Of a stretch of DNA of 32,000 nt, positions 1-8,580 are shown one piece after another. The notes below the pieces were generated by a model. It worked only from the letters and a program-made list of their open reading frames with translations. It had not been told where the DNA came from and ran no database searches. Source of the stretch: an uncultured SAR116 cluster alpha proteobacterium (lineage in GTDB: Bacteria; Pseudomonadota; Alphaproteobacteria; Puniceispirillales; Marisalimonadaceae); contig CACMRG010000013.1 of the NCBI GenBank assembly GCA_902616005.1, positions 6,103 through 38,102 of the forward strand, written 5' to 3'. Each line of letters opens with the position of its first letter. Position 1 is the first letter of the stretch. Position numbers and translations under genes: made by a program.

Positions 1-488
1 AAATTTGTTACACCTACCGTACTAGAATGGCTTCTGTGGGAACATGAAAAAGCATCATTAACAAAATAATCAATCCCCAGAGTTAAATCTTCTGAAAAAT
101 CTTTATTATTAGTTTCTTCTCCCTTATGAAATCGTAAATTTTCTAAAAGTAAAGTTTGACCCTCTTTAAGATTATTTTTTAGTTCTTCTGCTTCTGGCCC
201 AATGCAAGTTTGTGAAAAAATTATAGGACAATTTAATGCTTTTGACAAAGGTTCTATTAATGGTTTTAAACTGTATTTTTTATTATATTCACCATTAGGT
301 CTTCCAAAGTGACTACAAAGTACTACCTTGCCACCTTTTTTAATAATTTCTTGAATAGTCGGTAAAACAGATTGAAGCCTTGTTTCATCTTGAACAACAC
401 CATTTACTAACGGCAAATTCAAATCAACCCTGACAAGAATCAATTTATTCTTTAAATCTAATTTAAAAAATTCTTTTGAAGAAGGCAT
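1..488 (-). CDS. pgk: Phosphoglycerate kinase, N-terminal part (gene continues beyond position 1)
   Basis: Not in the ORF track because it runs off the window edge. I translated the reverse strand by hand. The frame is open from ATG (488-486) to position 1, with 162 codons and no stop. The product MPSSKEFFKLDLKNKLILVRVDLNLPL...GGKVVLCSHFGRPNG...LLLENLRFHKGEE...NDAFSCSHRSHSSTVGV carries PGK N-domain signatures (RVDxNxP, SHxGRP, NDAFxxxHRxHxS). It starts 4 nt after the tkt stop. Confidence 0.85.
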   Translation of the reverse strand, partial: MPSSKEFFKLDLKNKLILVRVDLNLPLVNGVVQDETRLQSVLPTIQEIIKKGGKVVLCSHFGRPNGEYNKKYSLKPLIEPLSKALNCPIIFSQTCIGPEAEELKNNLKEGQTLLLENLRFHKGEETNNKDFSEDLTLGIDYFVNDAFSCSHRSHSSTVGVTN

Positions 489-492
489 AAAC

Positions 493-2484
493 TTATGTAT
501 TAATTTTATCTAAAATTTTTTCTCTAATCTTATCTGAACTTAATCCAAAATGTTCAAATAAGTGATTTGCAGGTGCTGATGCTCCAAATGTTTTCATTCC
601 GATAAAAATACCATTTGATCCTATATATTTATGCCAGCCTAATTCTGAACCCGCTTCTACCCCAACTTTTAATTTTTCTCCAAGAACATTTAATTTATAT
701 TCTTCTGATTGTTTTTCGAATATCTCCCAACATGGTAAAGATACCACTGATGCTTTAATATTATCTTTTAATAATAGATCAGAAGTTTCTAATGCAATCT
801 CAACCTCAGAACCTGTGGCAATAATTGTTAAATCTCTTTTATTTCCAAAATTTTTAACGAGATATCCACCTTTACTTGTAAGATTATCATTCCTTTTTTC
901 ATCCCTAAATGTTTTTAAACCCTGTCTTGATAAAGCCAATATAGATGGTCCATTATATTTAAGTGCAAGTTCCCATGCTTCTGCTGTTTCAACTGCATCA
1001 GCAGGACGAAAAACATTGAGATCAGGTGTTGCTCTCAGCATTGCTAAATGCTCCACTGGTTGATGTGTTGGGCCATCTTCACCTAGACCAATTGAGTCAT
1101 GAGTTAGTACATAAATTACTTTAGTTTTCATGAGAGCTGACAATCTAATTGAACTTCTCATATAATCACTAAAAACTAAAAAAGTTCCACCATATGTTAT
1201 AAAACCTTTATGGAGAGCTATTCCATTCATAACTGCTCCCATCATATGTTCTCTAATTCCATAATGGATATAATTAGCTTTAAATTTTTTTGGTTTTACG
1301 GAATTCATATCTGGGGTTTTTGTCAAATTTGATCCAGTTAAATCAGCTGATCCACCAGCAATATTATCAGCATTAGATGACAAAACTTTTAAAAATTCTA
1401 AACTTGCTTGTCTTGTAGCTAATTTAGGTTTTTCTATTTTCAATTTTTGAATATGAGATTTTAAATTTTTATCAAAGGCTTTAGGTAAGTGGTTTGAGTT
1501 ATTTTTAATAAATTTATTTTTTTTTGGGCTTTTATTAAATCTATCTTCCCATTCCTTTCTAATTTCTGATCCTCTTTCAACTAAAGATCTCCAATTACTA
1601 AGTATGTCTTTTGGAACTTCGAATGGATTATTTTTCCAATTTAATTCCTCTTTTACTTTTTTAACCTCATCATCCCCAAGTGGTGCTCCATGTGTTTTTT
1701 CAGAGCCCGCAAGATTTGGTGAACCAAATCCAATTATAGTTTTACAAGCGATAAATGAAGGTTTATTGGTTTTTTGTGCGTTTTCAATCGCTTTTGATAT
1801 TTGATCAAAATCGTGTCCATCAATTGATTGAGTATGCCACCCTGATGCTTTAAATCTAGCAATTTGATTACTTGAATTGGCCAAATTAGTATTACCATCA
1901 ATCGAAATTGAATTATTATCCCAAAGAACAATTAATTTTGCTAATTTTAAATGTCCAGCAAATTCTATTGATTCATGACTTATACCCTCTTGGAGACACC
2001 CATCACCAACCATGACATAAGTAAAATGATCAACAAGATTTTTTCCAAACTTTGCATTAGACATTCTCTCGGCTAAAGCCATACCAACAGCAGTACCTAA
2101 ACCTTGACCAAGAGGCCCTGTTGTAGTTTCAACTCCTAATGTATCACCATATTCAGGATGACCAGGTGTATTAGAATGTAATTGTCTAAAGTTTTTTAAA
2201 CTATCAATATTCATATCTGAATAACCTAAAAGGTAATTTAGAGCATATATAAGCATTGAACCATGACCAGCTGACAAAACAAATCTATCTCTGTCTGGCC
2301 AGTCAGGTTTGTTTACATCAATATTCAAATATTTGGAGAATAAAATTGTTGCAACATCAGCAATACCCATGGGCATGCCAGGATGACCTGAGTTTGCTTT
2401 TTGAACCCCTTCAGCTGCTAGTACTCTTATTGCATTAGACATTCTTTTTAATATTTCCATATTTAATTCTGATGTTTTAGACAT
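493..2484 (-). CDS. tkt: Transketolase
   Basis: ORF 493..2499. Motifs present are SGHPG, GDGCLQEGISHE (ThDP-binding) and THDSIGLGEDGPTHQP. The track start at 2499 is a TTG. I prefer the ATG at 2484 (MSKTSEL...), which is preceded by GAGAGAA. The stop is firm; the start is uncertain by 15 nt. Confidence 0.93.
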   Translation of the reverse strand: MSKTSELNMEILKRMSNAIRVLAAEGVQKANSGHPGMPMGIADVATILFSKYLNIDVNKPDWPDRDRFVLSAGHGSMLIYALNYLLGYSDMNIDSLKNFRQLHSNTPGHPEYGDTLGVETTTGPLGQGLGTAVGMALAERMSNAKFGKNLVDHFTYVMVGDGCLQEGISHESIEFAGHLKLAKLIVLWDNNSISIDGNTNLANSSNQIARFKASGWHTQSIDGHDFDQISKAIENAQKTNKPSFIACKTIIGFGSPNLAGSEKTHGAPLGDDEVKKVKEELNWKNNPFEVPKDILSNWRSLVERGSEIRKEWEDRFNKSPKKNKFIKNNSNHLPKAFDKNLKSHIQKLKIEKPKLATRQASLEFLKVLSSNADNIAGGSADLTGSNLTKTPDMNSVKPKKFKANYIHYGIREHMMGAVMNGIALHKGFITYGGTFLVFSDYMRSSIRLSALMKTKVIYVLTHDSIGLGEDGPTHQPVEHLAMLRATPDLNVFRPADAVETAEAWELALKYNGPSILALSRQGLKTFRDEKRNDNLTSKGGYLVKNFGNKRDLTIIATGSEVEIALETSDLLLKDNIKASVVSLPCWEIFEKQSEEYKLNVLGEKLKVGVEAGSELGWHKYIGSNGIFIGMKTFGASAPANHLFEHFGLSSDKIREKILDKINT

Positions 2485-2511
2485 AATTTCTCTCGACAAT
2501 TTGATTTAGAC

Positions 2512-3459
2512 TTAATTAGTATTTAAAAAAATTTCAACCTCTTCTTTAGAACCAAAAATAAATGGTACACGTTGATGTATTTCATTCACTTCTACGTTTA
2601 AAATATCGATTGAACCATTTGTAGCTTTTCCTCCAGCCTGACTTATTAAAAAGGATATGGGATTAGCTTCATAAGTTAGCCTTAGTCTTCCACTTTTATT
2701 TTTTTCTCTTTTATCTTCTGGATAAAGAAAAATTCCACCTCTTTCAAAGATTCTACTTGCGTCTGCAACTAATGATCCTACCCACCTCATATTAAAATTT
2801 TTTTCTCTTACTCCATAGGTTCCATCTTCACAATTTTTTATGTAATTTTTTACCTTGTTATTCCAATATCTCCTGTAAGAAGAATTAATAGAAAATTCAG
2901 ATGTTGATTCAGGGATCAATATATTTGGATTTAATATATTAAAATGATTCTTTGTATGATCATAATAAAAAGAATGCACTCCTTTACCAAGTGACAATAT
3001 AAGAGTTGTTTGAGGCCCATAAACAAAAAATCCAGCACATAGTTGAAATTTGCCATTTTGTTTTAAAGAATTCTCAATTGAACCATTATTAAAAGGAAGA
3101 ATTGAAAAAATTGTTCCTATTGATATGTTATTACCAATATTTGATGATCCGTCTAATGGATCACAAAATATTAAATATTTTCCATTTTTATCTATAGTTG
3201 TCATTCCATCTTGTTCTTCAGAACAATATGCAGCAACCGAGCTGTTATTTATAGACTCAAATACACATTCATCAGCAAAAATATCTAATGGTTTTTGTTT
3301 GTCACCATCAGCATTTTCAGAAGTTTCTTTCTTACTTTCTAATTTATTATTATTTCTTATTGAGTTTGATATTTTAATCGCTGCGTTTGATATATCTAAT
3401 ATAACCTTGTTTAAAGAATCTATTGAATAGTTCTTTTCAAGAAAGGTTTTTAAATCCAT
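2512..3459 (-). CDS. fbp: Fructose-1,6-bisphosphatase, class I
   Basis: 315 aa with the FCDPLDGSSN metal-binding motif, GxxxYGPQT, and the C-terminal LRLTYEANPISFLISQAGG typical of class I FBPase. It lies upstream of tkt on the same strand. Confidence 0.9.
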   Translation of the reverse strand: MDLKTFLEKNYSIDSLNKVILDISNAAIKISNSIRNNNKLESKKETSENADGDKQKPLDIFADECVFESINNSSVAAYCSEEQDGMTTIDKNGKYLIFCDPLDGSSNIGNNISIGTIFSILPFNNGSIENSLKQNGKFQLCAGFFVYGPQTTLILSLGKGVHSFYYDHTKNHFNILNPNILIPESTSEFSINSSYRRYWNNKVKNYIKNCEDGTYGVREKNFNMRWVGSLVADASRIFERGGIFLYPEDKREKNKSGRLRLTYEANPISFLISQAGGKATNGSIDILNVEVNEIHQRVPFIFGSKEEVEIFLNTN

Positions 3460-3545
3460 TTTAATTGCAACTTTCGTATGTTTTGTTTTATAATTTTAAT
3501 AACATTTTTTTTGTATAATAAAAGATTTAATTTAAAGCATTTTCG

Positions 3546-5117
3546 TTGAACTATATAAATAAAATTCAATTACCAGAAAATATTTCATCAATTAAAGATG
3601 TTAGTGAATATCATGATCATAACATTAATGATTTGATAACCTATCTTTTTAAAAACACAAAATTCAATAAACAACATATTTTAAATTTTTTTAGAGCATA
3701 TTTTAAAAATATTATAAATAAGAAAATACAAGATGATTACATAAACTTAATTGAAAAGTTTTCTAATTCTATACTACCGATAATTTTAAAATCTAAATAT
3801 CCTAGACAAGGCACCTTTCAACTTTTGAGATTTATAGATGCTATACAACCCAATTTTGATTTTATTGAAATGGTGATTTTAAATGCTTTTTCTCACGAAA
3901 AAATATCAGACATTCTTACTTTCTCAGGACATGCTACAAATCTTTTGTCTAAAGATATCAATTTACTAGAAATATTAGATCCTTATTACAGAATAAAATT
4001 GACCAAAAATATAAATATATATCAAAAAGAGTTTAACAAAATAAGTGTTAATGAAGATGAAGAAACAATTTTAAATAAATTAAGGAAAACTCATAGAAAA
4101 CTTAAATTTCAAATTATTGTATCAATCATAACTGATGAATTAAAAGTAGAAGATGCTGCGCATGAATTTTATTTATTAGCCCATTGCACTTTACAAAAAG
4201 TTCAAAAAATTGCTGTTGATTTAATATCAAAAGAGAGAAATTTTGATCCTAATGTTATAAATGATTTTGGAATTTTAGCATATGGAAGATTTGCTCAAAA
4301 TTTAATGACATCTAATTCTGATTTAGATTTAGTGTTTATTTTTCCAGATAAAAACCAAAATTTTAAAAATCAAAAAACTTATCACTTAATTTTGTCACTT
4401 ATTTCCCAAAAAATGATTACTATATTAAGTTCGAAAACATCTGAAAATCTAATTTATGAAGTAGATACCAAACTTGGACCTAAAGTTCGTATTAGTTCTA
4501 ACGCTTGCACATTATCTGAATTTAAATCATTTCATGAAAACGAGACTTTTTCATGGGAAAAAATGGCATTAATGAAAAGTGAATTGGTTTTTAAAGATTA
4601 TAATTTTCAGATCGAACTAGATAAAGTTATTAAAAAATTTAAATCACAAACAATAAATAATAAAAATTTAATTCACGAGATTAATGAGATGAGAAGAATA
4701 AATGTAAAACCTGAAAAAATAGAAAATAATGAAAAACGAAGTAGTTTAAATATTTCTGAAAATGTAGAAAACAAAATTCACTGGTACGAAACTAAATATT
4801 CTTTAGGTGGTCAAAGGGATATTGAATTTTTAGAATTTTTTTATAGTAATCCAAAATACAATGGAATAATAGAAAATATAGAAGAGAAAAAGTATTTTAT
4901 TAAAAAAGCAAAAATGTTTTATTTTATAATTGATCAATATGTGAATCTTACATTTTCAAATCAAAAACCAAGTAAATTAACAAATCAAATTTTAGAAAAG
5001 CTTCAGAAAAATCTAAATATTAAAGATTTAGGTTCTCTTAAACTGAGTCTTAAAAATACAAAGAATGAGATTAATAAATACTTAATACATGTACTTGAGA
5101 ACAAAATTTTTGATTAA
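3546..5117 (+). CDS. GlnE-like nucleotidyltransferase with a single module (about half the size of canonical glutamine synthetase adenylyltransferase)
   Basis: 523 aa with a TTG start. GRFAQNLMTSNSDLDLVFIF (nt 4284-4343) matches the GlnE/GlnD nucleotidyltransferase G-x-S...SD(I/L)DL motif. Downstream are VDTKLGP (in place of VDxRLRP) and GGQRDIEFLEFF (nt 4806-4841), as in the GlnE-associated helical domain. The sequence is very K/N/I-rich and diverged. The start codon is uncertain. Confidence 0.6.
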   Translation: MNYINKIQLPENISSIKDVSEYHDHNINDLITYLFKNTKFNKQHILNFFRAYFKNIINKKIQDDYINLIEKFSNSILPIILKSKYPRQGTFQLLRFIDAIQPNFDFIEMVILNAFSHEKISDILTFSGHATNLLSKDINLLEILDPYYRIKLTKNINIYQKEFNKISVNEDEETILNKLRKTHRKLKFQIIVSIITDELKVEDAAHEFYLLAHCTLQKVQKIAVDLISKERNFDPNVINDFGILAYGRFAQNLMTSNSDLDLVFIFPDKNQNFKNQKTYHLILSLISQKMITILSSKTSENLIYEVDTKLGPKVRISSNACTLSEFKSFHENETFSWEKMALMKSELVFKDYNFQIELDKVIKKFKSQTINNKNLIHEINEMRRINVKPEKIENNEKRSSLNISENVENKIHWYETKYSLGGQRDIEFLEFFYSNPKYNGIIENIEEKKYFIKKAKMFYFIIDQYVNLTFSNQKPSKLTNQILEKLQKNLNIKDLGSLKLSLKNTKNEINKYLIHVLENKIFD

Positions 5118-5131
5118 TTAATAGTCGTATA

Positions 5132-5161
5132 CTGAATTTTAAACGTTTTTTTGCATATAAT
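5132..5161 (+). promoter_or_regulatory. Candidate sigma-70-type promoter for amt (perfect TATAAT -10, weak -35)
   Basis: TATAAT lies at 5156-5161 and CTGAAT at 5132-5137 (3/6 to TTGACA) with an 18-nt spacer. In DNA this AT-rich such matches arise by chance, so this is only a candidate. Confidence 0.25.
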
Positions 5162-5218
5162 TTAATCATTTATGATGTTGAGTTTTTCAAATAAATTTCA
5201 TATCTAAATAAATTATTC

Positions 5219-5242
5219 GTATGTCCTATAGTAAGGAAATAC
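5219..5242 (+). promoter_or_regulatory. Short leader hairpin whose 3' arm contains the amt Shine-Dalgarno-like AAGGA
   Basis: GUAUGUCCU (5219-5227) pairs with AGGAAAUAC (5234-5242). Eight of 9 positions pair, with one G/A mismatch and a 6-nt loop. The hairpin ends 3 nt before the amt ATG (5246). It is short and AU-rich, so stability is marginal. Confidence 0.3.
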
Positions 5243-5245
5243 TTT

Positions 5246-6538
5246 ATGGAGTTTTTTATGAAAAGAATTTTTATTTTAGGCTTTCTATCAATTTGCATGT
5301 TTGTTTCATCTTTTGCAAACGCAGCTGTTGATGCTGAAGTCGCTTATATTTTTAACTCATTTTCCTTCTTGGTTCATGGATTCTTGGTTATGCTTATGGC
5401 AGCTGGTTTTTGTATGTTGGAAACTGGTTTGGTAAGAGCCAAAAATGCAGTTGTTCAGTGTGCTAAAAACATTGGATTATATTCCATTGCTGGTATTATG
5501 TTTGCTATAGTTGGTTATAATCTTATGTATTTGGATGTTTCAGGTTGGATTGGTTCATTTGCTCTCTGGGGGCCTTCTGACAAATTAGAACCGCTTGAAG
5601 GAGATTATTCATCAGGATCTGATTGGTGGTTTCAAATGGTTTTTTGTGCTACTGCAGCTTCTATTGTAAGTGGAGCAGTCGCGGAAAGAGTAAAATTGTC
5701 TAGCTTTTTAATATTTGTTGTACTTTTGTGTGGCTTTATATATCCAATTCAAGGTTCATGGTCTTGGGGCGGCGGATATTTAAGCGAGGCTGGATTTTTA
5801 GACTTCGCTGGTTCATCAATAGTACATGGTGTAGGCGGTTGGGCTGCGCTAACTGGTGCAATTATTCTAGGCGCTAGAAAAGGTAAATATTCCTCAGACG
5901 GCAGTGTTAATCCAATGCCAGGTTCAAATTTACCATTAGCAACATTAGGTACTTTTATTTTATGGTTTGGTTGGTTTGGATTTAATGGTGGTTCTCAGCT
6001 TGCGATGGGTTCTGCTGCTGATGTATCTGCAATATCAAACATTTATATTAACACAAATCTTGCAGCAGCAGGTGGAGTAGTGGTCGCTATAATCTTAACT
6101 ATGTTATTTTACAAAAAAACTGATTTAACAATGGCATTGAATGGTGCTCTTGGTGGATTAGTTGCTATCACAGCTGAGCCATTAGCTCCGTCGCCAATGC
6201 TTGCGATATTTATTGGAGCTGTTGGTGGATTGATAGTTGTATTATCAATACCAATGTTAGACAAATTTAAAGTTGATGATGTTGTCGGTGCAATTCCTGT
6301 TCACTTATTCGCAGGAATTTGGGGAACAATAGCAGTCGTTTTCTCAAATTCTGACGCAAATATTGGAGCTCAACTCTACGGTATATTAGCTATAGGAGCA
6401 TTTACAGTAATCGCATCTTCAATTGTTTGGTATGCAATAAAACTAATTATTGGTATCAGAGTATCAGAAGAACAAGAGCTTGAAGGCGTCGATGTAAGTG
6501 AAGTTGGTATGGAAGCATACCCTGATTTTAAAAAATAA
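5246..6538 (+). CDS. amt: Ammonium transporter (Amt family) with N-terminal signal peptide
   Basis: 430 aa and polytopic. Amt motifs present are FAGSSIVHGVGGWAAL, LWFGWFGFNGGS and VHLFAGIWG (twin-His region). The signal peptide is MKRIFILGFLSICMFVSSFANA. The alternative start at 5258 cannot be excluded. Confidence 0.93.
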   Translation: MEFFMKRIFILGFLSICMFVSSFANAAVDAEVAYIFNSFSFLVHGFLVMLMAAGFCMLETGLVRAKNAVVQCAKNIGLYSIAGIMFAIVGYNLMYLDVSGWIGSFALWGPSDKLEPLEGDYSSGSDWWFQMVFCATAASIVSGAVAERVKLSSFLIFVVLLCGFIYPIQGSWSWGGGYLSEAGFLDFAGSSIVHGVGGWAALTGAIILGARKGKYSSDGSVNPMPGSNLPLATLGTFILWFGWFGFNGGSQLAMGSAADVSAISNIYINTNLAAAGGVVVAIILTMLFYKKTDLTMALNGALGGLVAITAEPLAPSPMLAIFIGAVGGLIVVLSIPMLDKFKVDDVVGAIPVHLFAGIWGTIAVVFSNSDANIGAQLYGILAIGAFTVIASSIVWYAIKLIIGIRVSEEQELEGVDVSEVGMEAYPDFKK

Positions 6539-6558
6539 TAATCAAATTACCTCCCCAT

Positions 6559-6590
6559 AAAAAGGCAGTCTTAACAGACTGCCTTTTTTT
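6559..6590. terminator. Bidirectional rho-independent terminator shared by convergent amt and gdh
   Basis: AAAAGGCAGTC (6560-6570), loop TTAACA, then GACTGCCTTTT followed by a T-run (to 6590 and beyond). The GC core stem is GGCAGTC/GACTGCC. The A-run upstream gives a U-run for the opposite strand. Confidence 0.8.
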
Positions 6591-6603
6591 ATTTTTTTAA
6601 CAT

Positions 6604-8025
6604 CTATAATCCAAGTGAATGATAACTATCCATTACTCTTTTGACAGACACCATCATAGCAGATGTTCTTAAATCATTAGCATTAGGATTTTTATTCCAA
6701 ACCTCACTTATAACCTCATAAGTGTTTCTCATTGTATCCTCCAGCCCTGATCTTACTAAATCAATTTCTGCTGAACCTTGCATTACTAAATCTTTGTATT
6801 CATCTGGAAATTTGGAGCCAGTCATTTTTTCTAGTGCTTCAATCATTAATGTAGTTTGGTTTTCCTGGGCACGTCGTTGAAGTCTTCCTAAACGAATTCT
6901 GCTTAAGTTTTTAATCCATTCAAAATAACTAACTGTAACCCCTCCTGCATTAGCATAAAGATCTGGGATTATAACAACTCCTTTTTTACTCAAAATTTCA
7001 TCAGCTTCACTAGATACAGGTCCATTTGCAGCCTCAATAATTAAAGGTGTTTTAATTTTACCAGCATTTTCCTTATTAATTACTAATTCCATTGCAGCAG
7101 GAATTGAAATGTCAGCATCCTCCTCTAAAATTTCTGAACCTTTTTGAACAAATCCTTCAAAACCTTTAACACCGCCATTTTTAAAAATGTGCTCTCTTAA
7201 CTTTTTAATGTTTACTCCTTTTGGATTTACAACTGAACCATCCCTTTCGATAACGTGAGTGATTAGACATCCATCTTCATTTGATAAAAATAAAGCTGCG
7301 TGATAGCCAACATTCCCTAAACCTTGAACTATTACTCTTTTATCCTTTAAACCTGGAGTAAGTCCTGTTTTTTTCACATCATTTGGATGATCAAAAAATG
7401 CTCTTAAAGCGTATTGAACTCCTCTTCCAGTCGCTTCAGTTCTTCCACCAATTCCACCCTTATTTACTGGTTTTCCAGTCACACATGCCCAAGCATTCAA
7501 ATCTGTAGGATTTAATTTTCTATACTCATCTGCCATCCAAGCCATTTCTCTTTCACCTGTACCTACATCAGGTGCTGGAACATTTTGAGATGGGTGTATT
7601 AAATCTCTTTTGGCTAATTCTTGAGTGAATCGTCTTGTGATTCTTTCCAGCTCCTCTTCTGTCCAATCTCTAATATTTATTTCAAGACCACCTTTCGAAC
7701 CTCCAAATGGAACTTCAACTAATGAACATTTGTATGTCATGAGTGCTGCCAATGCTTCTACTTCATCTTGATTTACTTCTACATCATATCTTATACCACC
7801 CTTTACAGGCTCAAAATGATCAGAATGAACAGATCTGTATCCAGTGAAAGTATATATAGTTCCACGTAATCTAACACCAAATCTTACCACATAAGTAGAA
7901 TTTGCCATCATTATTTGGCCTGCTAATTCATCACTATAGACTTCTTTTCCTTCAGTTTTTTGTAAACATTCAACGGCTTTTTTGTAATTCACCTCAATTG
8001 ATTTTAAAAATTCGTGACCTGCCAT
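6604..8025 (-). CDS. gdh: Glutamate dehydrogenase (Glu/Leu/Phe/Val dehydrogenase family)
   Basis: 473 aa. It has the catalytic-Lys region VPFGGSKGG, the GVRFH-type N-domain, and the Rossmann motif VQGLGNVGYH. Cofactor specificity is not determinable by eye. Confidence 0.88.
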   Translation of the reverse strand: MAGHEFLKSIEVNYKKAVECLQKTEGKEVYSDELAGQIMMANSTYVVRFGVRLRGTIYTFTGYRSVHSDHFEPVKGGIRYDVEVNQDEVEALAALMTYKCSLVEVPFGGSKGGLEINIRDWTEEELERITRRFTQELAKRDLIHPSQNVPAPDVGTGEREMAWMADEYRKLNPTDLNAWACVTGKPVNKGGIGGRTEATGRGVQYALRAFFDHPNDVKKTGLTPGLKDKRVIVQGLGNVGYHAALFLSNEDGCLITHVIERDGSVVNPKGVNIKKLREHIFKNGGVKGFEGFVQKGSEILEEDADISIPAAMELVINKENAGKIKTPLIIEAANGPVSSEADEILSKKGVVIIPDLYANAGGVTVSYFEWIKNLSRIRLGRLQRRAQENQTTLMIEALEKMTGSKFPDEYKDLVMQGSAEIDLVRSGLEDTMRNTYEVISEVWNKNPNANDLRTSAMMVSVKRVMDSYHSLGL

Positions 8026-8129
8026 TTAATCCCTCCCCAAAAATGATTTATTAATATAATTGCATTTATTTAAATCTGTAAATTGATTTTTAATAAAATT
8101 AAGTCTTTAATATCTAAAAAGGAAAATAT

Positions 8130-8576
8130 ATGTTTCAAAATTTAAAAAATATCTTTGATAAAGTTAAACAAGAAAACAATTCGGAAGTTGAGATTCTTGA
8201 ACAGGAAATATATGCTGTGTTGTCTCTTTTAATTGAAGCATGCAAGGTTGATGGGATAGTTTCAGATGATGAAATAGAAAAAATTACAGGCTTACTAATT
8301 AATAAATTTCATCTAGAACCTGACAAAGCAAAAAATGCAGTTAATTTTGTTTTAGAAAAAGCAAATGAAAAAGTTGAAATTTTTTCAGATATAAAAGTCA
8401 TTCTTGATACAATGGATCATGAAGAAAGAATAAAAGTCGTTGAAATGCTATGGGGCGTAGTATTAGCTGATGAAAATATAAATGATTATGAATCAAACCT
8501 CATGAGAAAAATATCAAGCTTACTTCATGTATCAAGCTTTGAAACAGCTGAAGCTAAAAAACGCGCTATGAATTAA
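8130..8576 (+). CDS. TerB-family (tellurite-resistance TerB-like) small protein
   Basis: 148 aa. [19 protein letters not shown] ... [32 protein letters not shown] matches the two-repeat pattern of roughly 150-aa alphaproteobacterial TerB-family proteins (xADGxxxxxE ... LWxVAxADGxxDxxExxLIRxxAxLLxV). Confidence 0.7.
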   Translation: MFQNLKNIFDKVKQENNSEVEILEQEIYAVLSLLIEACKVDGIVSDDEIEKITGLLINKFHLEPDKAKNAVNFVLEKANEKVEIFSDIKVILDTMDHEERIKVVEMLWGVVLADENINDYESNLMRKISSLLHVSSFETAEAKKRAMN

Positions 8577-8580
8577 GATT

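Noticed and set aside
489-2511. Absence of gap (GAPDH) between tkt and pgk in the fbp-tkt-pgk string.
   Set aside because: Gene order in such central-carbon clusters varies widely, and gap is presumably elsewhere. This is not unusual enough to flag.
3478-3549. A 23-codon uORF (MFCFIILITFFLYNKRFNLKHFR) whose TGA overlaps the TTG start of the GlnE-like gene.
   Set aside because: It has no SD, and its hydrophobic AT-driven composition is expected by chance in a T-rich spacer. I have no conservation evidence. It is noted only because it contains the TTCGTATGT motif.
5118-5245. Possible sigma-54 promoter, NtcA/NtrC-type site or glutamine riboswitch upstream of amt.
   Set aside because: TTGCAT is present at 5151-5156, but no GG lies 10 nt upstream of the GC, so the -24/-12 architecture fails. 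I see no GTA-N8-TAC palindrome. The leader has an AAGGA element, but I cannot build the conserved paired cores of the known glutamine riboswitch classes from this sequence.
5221-5331. A 36-aa out-of-frame ORF starting in the amt leader and overlapping the amt start.
   Set aside because: It overlaps the well-supported amt signal-peptide coding region in another frame, and has no SD and no recognisable features. It is most likely spurious.
5246-6538. Visibly higher G+C in amt, and also in tctC/tctA (28241-31222), as a possible sign of horizontal acquisition.
   Set aside because: The enrichment tracks the Gly/Ala/Val-rich membrane and highly expressed periplasmic protein composition. There are no flanking repeats, integrases or tRNA genes, and the flanking junctions are as tightly packed as elsewhere.
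8026-8129. Shared TAATTGCA octamer in the gdh/terB spacer (about 8058-8065) and the fbp/GlnE-like spacer (about 3461-3468), as a possible common operator.
   Set aside because: There are only two copies of an AT-rich 8-mer, which is well within chance expectation for this composition.
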